Shown: one piece after another, positions 9,701-17,527 of the stretch
How the letters are laid out: the number at the start of each line of letters is the position of its first letter
How positions within the stretch are numbered: position 1 is the stretch's first letter
Assembly (NCBI GenBank): GCA_034437555.1
Contig: DAOTTQ010000060.1
Coordinates: forward strand, 21,073-85,072
Length of the DNA stretch: 64,000 nucleotides
Reading direction: 5' to 3'
Origin: Anaerolineae bacterium
Lineage (GTDB): Bacteria; Chloroflexota; Anaerolineae; Aggregatilineales; Phototrophicaceae
Position numbers and translations under genes: made by a program
Notes under the pieces: generated by a model
Seen by the model: the letters and a program-made list of their open reading frames with translations, nothing else
What the model was told of the DNA's origin: nothing
Databases searched by the model: none

Positions 9701-12410
9701 TCAATACATTGCCATTCGTACTGACATCACAGCGCAAAAATCAAACGAAGAGCAAATTACACGCCGTGCATCCGAGCTAGAAACGGTATCTGTGATTAGT
9801 ACGAATATCGCCCAACAACTGAACGTAGAAGATTTACTATGGACAGTTGCTGACCTTACAAAAGAGCAATTCCATCGCTACCATGCCCACATCTACATTT
9901 TAAATGAAGAAGGCACAGAACTGGTGTTGCGTGCAGGGGCAGGGCAAACAGGCAGGCGCATGGTGTATGAGGGATATAAAATTCGCCTAGACCATCCCGA
10001 TAGCATTGTGGCGGGTGTAGCAAGAGAACTCGAACCTCTTGTGGTGGGTGATGTGGCATTGGTAGACCATTACCTTCCAAATAAATACTTGCCAGAAACA
10101 CGCTCCGAAATGGCTGTGCCTATCGTTTACGGTGACAAGCTCATTGGTGTACTAGACATTCAAGACAGCATCCCCTATGCTTTTAATGATTTAGACATTC
10201 AGGTACAGCAAACGTTTGCAAACCAGGTAGCTACCGCTATTGAAAACGCGCGTGCATTTGAACAAACCCAGTTGCTCTTACGAGACATTACCACCGTCAA
10301 CCAAATCAACGAATACTTACGTGGTGACGAAGCAGTTGAGGTAGTAATTGAAAACGCCATGAAGGTTGCCATGGGGGTTTTGGGGGCAAATAGCGCTGTT
10401 TACTCGGAATATGATGTCCAAGCCCAACAATGGCAAGGGGTGGCAGGTACGGGCGGCACACTCACTAACGATGTAGCACAAACTTTCCGCGACCCCGCAA
10501 AAGCCTATCCCCATGGCATCATCGCCGTAGAAAAGCAACGGGTGGTCGTGGTAGACAACGCTCGATTCTACCCCGACTTTCCCCAAGATTATGTTGATGG
10601 ATTAGGGATTAAGAGTGTCCTGACCCTACCAGTAATTGCCGGGGATGTGCGTGGCGCTATCTTCTTGAACTATACCGACAGCTTACGCGCTTTCACCTCA
10701 GACGAGCTAGGACTAGCAGAAAACGTCGCTTCCCAAATTTCACTAGGCATTGGACGTAGAGTTGCCACCCAACAGGCAGACAAAGCGCGTCAAGAAACCG
10801 CCCGTATCTTTGAATCCTCGCTAGATATGCTAGGGTCGGCAACGTTTGAGGGTTTCTTTACCAACCTGAACCCGTCATGGGAAGCGACATTGGGTTACAC
10901 GATTGACGAACTAAGAGCAGAGCCGTTCTTGCACTTTGTCCATCCCGAAGATATTGATGAGACACTAAAAGCTGCCCAAGAACTCGCTACAGGGGTGCTT
11001 GCGCTAAACTTTATTAACCGCTACCGTTGTAAGGATGCGTCGTATCGTTGGGTCTCTTGGAACGCTAACCCAGATATGGAAAACGGCTTAATTCACTTTG
11101 TGGCGCGTGACATTACCTCTCAAAAAGAAAGCACCGAACTGGTTGTACGCCGCGCACGCGAGCTAGAAACAGTGTCACAATTAAGCGCAACCACGACCAC
11201 ATTGCTAGAACGTGATGAATTGCTCGACCAAGTGGTGTTGCTAACCCGTGACAACTTTAACTTGTATCATGCACAGGTTTATCTTCTTAGTGAAGATGGC
11301 ACACAACTGGTGCTGGCGGCTGGTGCGGGTGAAGTGGGGCAAAAGATGAAGGAACTCCATCATGCCATCTCGCTAAACAATCAAAATAGCCTTGTAGCAC
11401 GCGCTGCACGTACGCTTAAGGGTGTGATTTCGAATGATGTAACGTTAAACCCCGACTTCTTGCCAAACCCGTTATTGCCCCTTACACAATCCGAAATGGC
11501 TGTGCCTTTGGTGGTGGGTGGTGAACTCATTGGCGTGCTAGATGTGCAATCAGATGAAAGAAACCGCTTTGATGATGAGGACGTAAAAATTAAAACGATT
11601 CTCGCCGACCAAGTCGCTGTGGCGGTTCGTAATGCCGAAGCCTTTGACCGTGAACGCCGTACCATTGAACGCCTACGTGAGGTTGACCGCCTAAAGCAAG
11701 AGTTCCTTGCCAATATGAGCCATGAACTCCGCACACCTCTTAACTCCATTATTGGTTATAGTGAAGTGCTGATTGATGGGGTAGACGGTGAACTAAGCGA
11801 AGAAGCTATTGAGGACGTACAAGCCATTTACGGCAGTGGTAAGCACCTCTTAAATATCATCAATGAAATTCTTGACCTTGCCAAGATTGAAGCGGGGCAA
11901 ATGCAATTGCTTAGAAAGCCTATGCAACTCACCGACGTTCTTGAGGATATTGTTCACTCTAGCCAAATTTTGGCAAAGAAGAAGGGCGTTGACCTTCGCA
12001 TAGAGCAAAAATCATCATTAGGCTTAATAAGCGCAGACAAAGTGCGTATGAATCAAATTATGCTAAACCTTGTAAGCAATGCGGTTAAATTTACTGAACA
12101 AGGCGAGGTCGTGGTAAGCTATGGCACAGTAGAAAACAAGGCTTGTGTGTGGGTACAAGATACAGGCATTGGTATGAGTGCCGCCGATTTAGAAGTGATT
12201 TTTGAACGCTTCCGCCAAGCGGACGGCTCATCAACAAGACGTGCGGGCGGTACAGGTTTGGGGCTAACGATTACGCGCCAACTCATTGAAATGCACGGGG
12301 GTGAAATCTTCGTCCAAAGTGAACTTGACAAAGGCACAACCCTCTGGTTCTTACTACCCCTTATGGATGTGCCAGAAACCCGCCAAAGCGAACCCGCCAT
12401 AGGCGACTAA
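6720..12410 (+). CDS. Giant membrane sensor histidine kinase: Cache-like ectodomain, HAMP, 5 GAF and 3 PAS modules, HisKA, HATPase_c
   Basis: Two TM helices bracket a ~300-aa ectodomain, followed by a HAMP domain (ITSPLLKLSNQADSLAKGQFDV...). Four GAF modules end in LP(D/E/L)T(R/Q)SE(L/M).(V/L)P(L/M/I)....(L/V)(I/V)G(A/V)(L/M)D(I/V)Q, and a fifth is divergent. One PAS example is SIVAITDQTGKITYANQKFSDISKF. The H-box is FLANMSHELRTPLNSIIGYSE (His codon 11721-11723). ATPase boxes are LVSNAVKFT, QDTGIGM and GGTGLGLTI. Confidence 0.9.
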   Translation: MNALLQYFQSSLQRQLLLFLVPLVVIPTVLVAVILGTQSFNASLETLREAEVTELNLDVSRLNDALGVLVSDFQFLKDSPNVTNFAQAVSGGDVLQVAAAKTDLQNLYFSMMVSKPAYIQLRFIDLLGNELVRVDKDLATGKPFIIVERDLQNKADRGYFTSTISLPEGEIYVSPLDLNREGTPPTISVLEDGSIVPTLRYATPIFTTNTAGQRERAGMLITNVDISGILADLAPSNEGNYAFLVNGDGYFLYHSASPEITFGFESGIEAVGNTPNTLISDVLPLTVQDSSFELETQETENAQLLNYVRYTPPSAPDNYYWMLGIASDQNLLLTPVRNTAFATTAGVIVLGLISAFAVLVISRQITSPLLKLSNQADSLAKGQFDVFSDLDEEARRKDELGTLGRAFQGMSLQLRELLTTLEQRVQARTADLATSAEIASAANQIRELDDLISLTVNLVRDRFNFYYVQVYLINDEKTHAVLKDGTGYVGRRLLSQDHQLPLEGRSLVSTAIREKNQVLVKDTKTDSRFLSNALLPDTRSELVVPLVVSGVVIGALDIQHSESNAFEETETTLFATLADQLAVTFDNVNLIETLAHTKDVLQASTARMSAITRNFPNGAIVMYDHDFRYLLVDGAGLAEAGLNKEAMEGKTLDEVFPPETATIVKAAYQRALNGDEVTEVIPFGDLIYQTISLPVRDENDNIIAAMTITQNITERVRSEETIKRRAVQLETVAAVSAQASTNLDVPTLLNTVSTLTKERFGLYHAHIYLLDNAEKTLVLSGGAGMAGMEMVARKHHIPLSREHSLVARTARSLQATISNDISQEPDFLSNPLLPDTQSEMALPMIVAGELVGVMDVQSDQLGRFDEEDVITYATLASQVAVAVKNARLFKDISDIRSAIDEHSIVAITDQTGKITYANQKFSDISKFPLEEVIGQDHRIINSGYHSKEFIRDIWVTIANGKTWKGQIKNKAKGGSFYWVDTTIVPFLSDDGKPYQYIAIRTDITAQKSNEEQITRRASELETVSVISTNIAQQLNVEDLLWTVADLTKEQFHRYHAHIYILNEEGTELVLRAGAGQTGRRMVYEGYKIRLDHPDSIVAGVARELEPLVVGDVALVDHYLPNKYLPETRSEMAVPIVYGDKLIGVLDIQDSIPYAFNDLDIQVQQTFANQVATAIENARAFEQTQLLLRDITTVNQINEYLRGDEAVEVVIENAMKVAMGVLGANSAVYSEYDVQAQQWQGVAGTGGTLTNDVAQTFRDPAKAYPHGIIAVEKQRVVVVDNARFYPDFPQDYVDGLGIKSVLTLPVIAGDVRGAIFLNYTDSLRAFTSDELGLAENVASQISLGIGRRVATQQADKARQETARIFESSLDMLGSATFEGFFTNLNPSWEATLGYTIDELRAEPFLHFVHPEDIDETLKAAQELATGVLALNFINRYRCKDASYRWVSWNANPDMENGLIHFVARDITSQKESTELVVRRARELETVSQLSATTTTLLERDELLDQVVLLTRDNFNLYHAQVYLLSEDGTQLVLAAGAGEVGQKMKELHHAISLNNQNSLVARAARTLKGVISNDVTLNPDFLPNPLLPLTQSEMAVPLVVGGELIGVLDVQSDERNRFDDEDVKIKTILADQVAVAVRNAEAFDRERRTIERLREVDRLKQEFLANMSHELRTPLNSIIGYSEVLIDGVDGELSEEAIEDVQAIYGSGKHLLNIINEILDLAKIEAGQMQLLRKPMQLTDVLEDIVHSSQILAKKKGVDLRIEQKSSLGLISADKVRMNQIMLNLVSNAVKFTEQGEVVVSYGTVENKACVWVQDTGIGMSAADLEVIFERFRQADGSSTRRAGGTGLGLTITRQLIEMHGGEIFVQSELDKGTTLWFLLPLMDVPETRQSEPAIGD

Positions 12411-12427
12411 GATAGAAAGATTCATGT

Positions 12428-12455
12428 AGGGGCGCAGGTATCCACTTGCGCCCCT
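12428..12455 (+). terminator. GC-rich hairpin after the kinase gene (AGGGGCGCA/TGCGCCCCT), no U-tract
   Basis: Read directly. It may be an attenuator or RNA-stability element rather than a full terminator. Confidence 0.3.
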
Positions 12456-12479
12456 GCCTTATAGAAAGCGACGAGTCCT

Positions 12480-14165
12480 GTGATTTCCCCCTTTATGCTT
12501 GCCATTCGTTGTCTTGATTGCGGTCATGAACATTCCGCACAGGAAACGCTTCTCCCAAAGTGCGAGGCGTGTGGTTCTGGATGGCTAGATGCCATTTACG
12601 ATGAAAATGCTGTTTCTCCTCTTTGGCACTACGGTTTAGGAAACCGCGAACTCTCTCTTTGGCGATATGAAGAACTCCTCCCCATTCAGCGTACCCATCC
12701 TGAAAGTAGTATGGGCGAAGGCTGGACACCCCTCACGCGTCTATATTCCTATGAACAGATATACCAGCATCAAGGCATGATTTACGTTAAAGATGAACGC
12801 GCCCAACCTACAAATAGCTTCAAAGACCGCCAAGCCGCGCTTACAGTAATTGCCCTACAACAAAAGGGCATTAAAGAGATTGTGCTGGCAAGCACTGGCA
12901 ACGCGGGCGTAGCGTACGCGGCTTATTGTGCGCGTGCGGGCATTAAACTTTGGCTCTTTGTTACTAGCCTTGTGCCAGCCGAGAAAATGCGTGAGGCGGC
13001 ACTTTATGGCTGTAAGGTGGTCAAAGTATCGGGAACCTACGATGAAACCAAGCACGTTGCAGAAGAATTTGCCCAGCGCCAGGGAGTTCATTTAGATAGA
13101 GGCGCAAAAGCCGTTCCTGGCAAAGAAAGCATGAAAACACTCGCCTTTGAAATCGCCGAGCAGTTGGGGCTAAAGTCTGATAAGAAGGGTGGGTGGGTTG
13201 CCCCCGATTGGTACATTCAAGCCGTCAGTGGCGGTATTGGTCCCCTGGGTGTGTGGAAGGGCTTTAGCCAATTACAGCGTATGGGCTTTATTGATAAGAT
13301 GCCCAAATTAGGCATAGTACAAGCTGCCGGCTGTGCGCCAATGGTTAATGCTTTTTTAGCAAATGCCCCCAAAGCAACTCCTGTTACCCCAGAAACGCTT
13401 ATTACTGTTTTAGCCACAGGTGACCCCGGTAAGAGCTATGAACTGCTCTTAGAAGCCGTCAAGAGCAACGGTGGCACCATGTTGGCATTAGAAGATGGCG
13501 ATACCTTTGTTGCAATGCGCCAGCTTGCCAGCAAGGGCGGACTTTCGGTAGAGCCTGCCACGGCGGTGGCATTTGGTGGGCTAGAACGGATGCTTAAAGA
13601 AGGCACCATTCAGCCCCATGAAACCGTTGTGATTAACTGTAGTGGTCACACTTTCTTGGCAGAAGGGCATGTCTTGGGTGACCAATATGAGCAATATGTG
13701 CTAGAAGCCCAAAAGAACGCCGAAGGCAAGCCGATTATGCCCCAAGTCGGTGGGATAACAGGCGCAATTCAAAACCTAGACGGCAGAGTAAAGACGATTG
13801 TTTTGGTGGATGATAGTGGCAATGACCGCCGTTTAATTCGTAAGTTGCTTCGTAGCCACAAACGCTATGTCATTCATGAGGCGGATAACGGGCGTGACGG
13901 CATGAAGGCAATGTATAGCCACAACCCCGACCTCATCATCCTGGATTTAACGCTACCGGATATGGACGGGCTAACGATGTTGGAAACCATCCAACGCGAT
14001 AGCCAACTGCGTGACATACCACTTATTGTGTATTCTGCACGTGATTTAACCCACGCAGAGCGTGATAGAATAGAATCACTAAATCGCGTGTTTATGCCAA
14101 AAACAGGGCTAGACCGCGAAAAGCTCTTAAGCGCAATCGAAGATGAGTTATCCTCTGAGGGATAA
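12480..14165 (+). CDS. Threonine-synthase-like fold-type II PLP enzyme fused to a C-terminal response-regulator receiver (REC) domain
   Basis: N-terminal Cys4 ribbon CLDCGHEH...CEACGSG. The PLP-lysine motif is NSFKDRQA (Lys codon 12822-12824). Also present are STGNAGVAYAAY and a glycine loop AVSGGIGPLG. REC runs from KTIVLVDDSG, with DLIILDLTLPDMDG (Asp codon 13944-13946) and the conserved Lys in FMPK. The start is GTG 12480 or ATG 12495. Confidence 0.75.
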   Translation: MISPFMLAIRCLDCGHEHSAQETLLPKCEACGSGWLDAIYDENAVSPLWHYGLGNRELSLWRYEELLPIQRTHPESSMGEGWTPLTRLYSYEQIYQHQGMIYVKDERAQPTNSFKDRQAALTVIALQQKGIKEIVLASTGNAGVAYAAYCARAGIKLWLFVTSLVPAEKMREAALYGCKVVKVSGTYDETKHVAEEFAQRQGVHLDRGAKAVPGKESMKTLAFEIAEQLGLKSDKKGGWVAPDWYIQAVSGGIGPLGVWKGFSQLQRMGFIDKMPKLGIVQAAGCAPMVNAFLANAPKATPVTPETLITVLATGDPGKSYELLLEAVKSNGGTMLALEDGDTFVAMRQLASKGGLSVEPATAVAFGGLERMLKEGTIQPHETVVINCSGHTFLAEGHVLGDQYEQYVLEAQKNAEGKPIMPQVGGITGAIQNLDGRVKTIVLVDDSGNDRRLIRKLLRSHKRYVIHEADNGRDGMKAMYSHNPDLIILDLTLPDMDGLTMLETIQRDSQLRDIPLIVYSARDLTHAERDRIESLNRVFMPKTGLDREKLLSAIEDELSSEG

Positions 14166-14188
14166 TCCTAAAGTAGAAGGGCTTTCCA

Positions 14189-14566
14189 ATGAGCAGGATT
14201 GTAATTATCGAAGATAACCCTGATGTAGCTAGGCTTGCAGAAAAGCTACTTCGTAACGCGGGTCATATTGTTATTGTTGCGCCAGATGGCGAAACAGGCT
14301 TGACGACCACCTTTGAACAAATGCCCGACCTTGTGCTGATGGACTTGGGCTTGCCCGATATTGAAGGGCAAACAGTGGTAGGTTTGCTAAAGCAACAAGA
14401 AAGCACCTCTCATATTCCCGTCATTGCGTTCACCGCGTGGCCCCAAGAAACGGCGTATAGTATGGCGCAGGCTTATGGCTGTGACGGAGTGATTGTAAAA
14501 CCTATTGATACGCGGCTTTTTGCCAAACAGGTCGCTGAGTTTTTGGAAGCGCGCAATGAACGCTAA
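14189..14566 (+). CDS. Stand-alone CheY-like response-regulator receiver
   Basis: RIVIIEDNPD, DLVLMDLGLPDIEG, IPVIAFTA and VIVKP. It is 125 aa with no output domain. Confidence 0.85.
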   Translation: MSRIVIIEDNPDVARLAEKLLRNAGHIVIVAPDGETGLTTTFEQMPDLVLMDLGLPDIEGQTVVGLLKQQESTSHIPVIAFTAWPQETAYSMAQAYGCDGVIVKPIDTRLFAKQVAEFLEARNER

Positions 14567-15437
14567 TGATTCGACACATGCAGGCATGTCTAGTAATTTG
14601 GGTATGCTTTGTAGTGAATACAATTTTCAACAGCTTTCAGAACTTTATAATCAAGGGCGTGTGGATTATATTGTTCCCATGCCCATGAACGCAAAACGTA
14701 TGTCTGAATATATCACGGCGCATGACGTTAGCCTTACGCATTCGGTGGTTGCCATTGATAAGAATGACCATCAACCTAATGGCATGTGCATGTTAGGGGT
14801 AAGAGGGGAGAGAAGTTGGGTAACCCGTTTAGGGGTTATTCCAGAGCGCAGACGGCGCAAATCGGGCGAATTTTTAATGAATGAAGCCCTTCGTCTTTCT
14901 GGCGAAAGCGGGATTCGCCATGTGCAATTAGAAGTGATTCGTGGTAACGACCCTGCCCAAACTCTTTTTGAGAAACTGGGTTTCAAGGTTATACGTGACT
15001 TAGTGGTAATTCGCCGCCCCCCCACACCCTTGCAAGCAGGGCAAATGTCCTCTCATGTGCGCCAGTACGCCAACATTGAAGATAATCAAGAAATTTTGCG
15101 CTTGCTAAACACTCGTGATGATGCCCCCACATGGATTGAAGAAACCGCATCACTTATCAATGGTGGCGGTATGCGCGTCATCACGCTAACGCTAGACAGT
15201 GGCGAAGAGGGCTGGATTGCCTTTCAGCGTACACCATTTCAATTAACACACCTTGTTTTTAATCCCCAAGCCAGCCCCCAAATGATACGCACGCTTTTAA
15301 GGCTCCTGCATGAGTTGTATCCCTTGCAAGATACCAAAGTAGAAAACTTGCCCGAAAATCATCCCGCCTTGCCCCATTTTTACGCTATGGGCTATGTGAA
15401 TGCTTTCGAGCGCATTGAAATGGTTTTAACGCTCTAG
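14556..15437 (+). CDS. GNAT-family acetyltransferase (possibly two-lobed)
   Basis: The acetyl-CoA-binding region is VTRLGVIPERRRRKSGEFLMNEAL ... LFEKLGF. The likely start is ATG 14556 (MNANDS...), overlapping the receiver stop by 11 nt, rather than the track start of 14505. Confidence 0.7.
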   Translation: MNANDSTHAGMSSNLGMLCSEYNFQQLSELYNQGRVDYIVPMPMNAKRMSEYITAHDVSLTHSVVAIDKNDHQPNGMCMLGVRGERSWVTRLGVIPERRRRKSGEFLMNEALRLSGESGIRHVQLEVIRGNDPAQTLFEKLGFKVIRDLVVIRRPPTPLQAGQMSSHVRQYANIEDNQEILRLLNTRDDAPTWIEETASLINGGGMRVITLTLDSGEEGWIAFQRTPFQLTHLVFNPQASPQMIRTLLRLLHELYPLQDTKVENLPENHPALPHFYAMGYVNAFERIEMVLTL

Positions 15438-15486
15438 TGGGGTTTGTAATCTAATCTAACAAACTAATTGTTTTCTTTTGGTAACG

Positions 15487-15520
15487 GGCGGTTTATAATG
15501 AAACCGTCTTTTAGTTTTCT
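15487..15520 (+). terminator. Intrinsic terminator after the GNAT gene
   Basis: Stem GGCGGTTT / AAACCGTC with one G-U pair, loop ATAATG, followed by TTTTAGTTTT. Confidence 0.6.
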
Positions 15521-15561
15521 GGTTTTTGCGTGTATAAATTTTTTTAAGGAGTTTTTTCTCA

Positions 15562-17469
15562 ATGAGTGATGATGTTTTTTCACCCCCGACAGGGGAATGG
15601 TATCACCCTACCGAAGATGTTATCCATAATGCCCACATTCCCGATTACGAAGAAGTGTATCGTGAAGCGCTTCAAGACCCCCAAGCCTTTTGGGCAAAAC
15701 GTGCCGATACCCTAGAGTGGCATAAGCTATGGGACAAGGTGCTAGACGATAGCAACCCGCCATTTTATAAGTGGTTTGTGGGCGCAAAGACTAATATCAT
15801 ACACAATGCGGTAGACCGTCACGTTAAAACATGGCGAAAGAACAAGCTCGCTATCATCTGGGAAGGCGAGAACGGCGATAAAGTCACCATGTCTTATTGG
15901 CGGTTGCGGCAAGAAGTGAACAAATTCGCCAACGTCCTTAAAAGCATGGGCGTAAAGAAGGGCGATAGAGTCACAATTTACATGGGGCGCATCCCAGAAA
16001 TTATGATTGCGATGCTGGCGTGTGCCAAAATTGGCGCACCCCATAGTGTGGTGTATGGTGGCTTTAGTGAACAAGCCCTCGCCGACCGCATTGAAGATGC
16101 AAAAAGCCGTGTGCTAGTGACGTGCGATGGTGCATTTTTACGCGGTAAAATTATTCCGCTTAAAGAAGTGGCAGACGAAGCCGCTCGGCGTTCCCCCGTA
16201 GTAGAGCATATGATTGTGGTCAAGCGCACAGGGCAACCCGTTCAAATGGAAGAAGGGCGCGATTATTGGTATCACGACCTGATGAGCCTACCCATTGCCA
16301 GTCCATACTGCGAAACCGAAGTGTTGGACAGTGAAGACCCGCTCTTTATTCTGTATACCAGTGGCACAACTGGCAAACCAAAGGGCGTACTTCATACACA
16401 TGGGGGCTATCAGGTGTATGTGAGTACCACGCTAGAATGGTCATTTGACCTCAAAGATGATGACCGTTGGTGGTGCGCCGCCGACCCCGGCTGGATTACA
16501 GGACACAGTTATATTGTGTATGGGCCCCTCATTATTGGCGCAACGAGCATTATTTATGAGGGTGCGCCCAATTACCCTTATCCCGACCGTTGGTGGCGCA
16601 TTGTCGAAAGTTATGGGGTGACGGTGCTATATACAGCCCCAACCGCTATTCGGGGCTTGATGCGCTTTGGTGATGCTTGGCCCAATCGTCACGACTTAGG
16701 CAGTTTGCGCCTGTTAGGAAGCGTGGGTGAACCCATTAATCCAGAGGCTTGGCGTTGGTTTTATAACGTCATTGGGCAAGAGCAATGCCCCATTATTGAC
16801 ACATGGTGGCAAACCGAAACAGGTGGCTTTATGATTACGCCCATGCCTAGCGTTAGTCTAAAGCCCGGCAGTGCCACGCGCCCCTTCCCTGGCATTGTGG
16901 CGGATGTTGTCCGTGAGGATGGCTCATCGTGCAAGCCCGGTGAGGATGGCTTACTGGTCATTAAAACGCCTTGGCCCGCTATGCTTCGCACCGTCTGGGG
17001 CGATGACAACCGCTTTATAGAGCAGTATTGGTCACGCTTCAAAGAGCAGGGGTGGTACTTAACAGGGGATACGGCTCGCAAAGATGAGGACGGCTATTTC
17101 TGGATTATTGGGCGTAACGATGACGTGATTAAAGTCAGTGGCTATCGCCTAGGTACTGCCGAAGTAGAGAGCGGTTTGGTAAGCCATCGCTCTGTGGCAG
17201 AATCCGCCGTTGTGGCTATTCCCGATGAAGTAAAAGGCAACGTCATCTATGCGTATTGCATCCTGCGTCAAGGCTTTACAGGAAGCCAAGAGCTAGTTAC
17301 CGAACTTAAGGCGCATGTTCGCCACGAAGTAGGGGCAATTGCCGTTCCCGAAAAAATCGAATTTGTGGACACGCTACCCAAGACACGCAGCGGCAAAATT
17401 ATGAGGCGTGTGCTAAGGGCAAGGGCGCAAGGCTTGCCTTTGGGGGATTTAAGCACCCTAGAAGAATAA
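15562..17469 (+). CDS. acs: Acetyl-CoA synthetase (AMP-forming)
   Basis: YTSGTTGKPKGV, WWQTETGG, and the C-terminal PKTRSGKIMRR containing the conserved regulatory/catalytic Lys (codon 17395-17397). 635 aa. Confidence 0.92.
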   Translation: MSDDVFSPPTGEWYHPTEDVIHNAHIPDYEEVYREALQDPQAFWAKRADTLEWHKLWDKVLDDSNPPFYKWFVGAKTNIIHNAVDRHVKTWRKNKLAIIWEGENGDKVTMSYWRLRQEVNKFANVLKSMGVKKGDRVTIYMGRIPEIMIAMLACAKIGAPHSVVYGGFSEQALADRIEDAKSRVLVTCDGAFLRGKIIPLKEVADEAARRSPVVEHMIVVKRTGQPVQMEEGRDYWYHDLMSLPIASPYCETEVLDSEDPLFILYTSGTTGKPKGVLHTHGGYQVYVSTTLEWSFDLKDDDRWWCAADPGWITGHSYIVYGPLIIGATSIIYEGAPNYPYPDRWWRIVESYGVTVLYTAPTAIRGLMRFGDAWPNRHDLGSLRLLGSVGEPINPEAWRWFYNVIGQEQCPIIDTWWQTETGGFMITPMPSVSLKPGSATRPFPGIVADVVREDGSSCKPGEDGLLVIKTPWPAMLRTVWGDDNRFIEQYWSRFKEQGWYLTGDTARKDEDGYFWIIGRNDDVIKVSGYRLGTAEVESGLVSHRSVAESAVVAIPDEVKGNVIYAYCILRQGFTGSQELVTELKAHVRHEVGAIAVPEKIEFVDTLPKTRSGKIMRRVLRARAQGLPLGDLSTLEE

Positions 17470-17471
17470 AC

Positions 17472-17510
17472 AAAAAAGGGGCGATTCACACCGAATCGCC
17501 CCTTAAAAAA
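17472..17510. terminator. Bidirectional intrinsic terminator between the convergent acs and ABC operon
   Basis: Perfect stem AAGGGGCGATTC / GAATCGCCCCTT, loop ACACC, flanked by A6 on both sides (which gives a T-run on the minus strand). Confidence 0.85.
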
Positions 17511-17527
17511 TGCGTACAACATGCGGT

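Noticed and set aside
14505-14555. The upstream extension of the GNAT ORF (track start 14505)
   Set aside because: It overlaps 62 nt of the receiver gene and encodes implausible sequence. ATG 14556 gives an 11-nt overlap typical of translational coupling.
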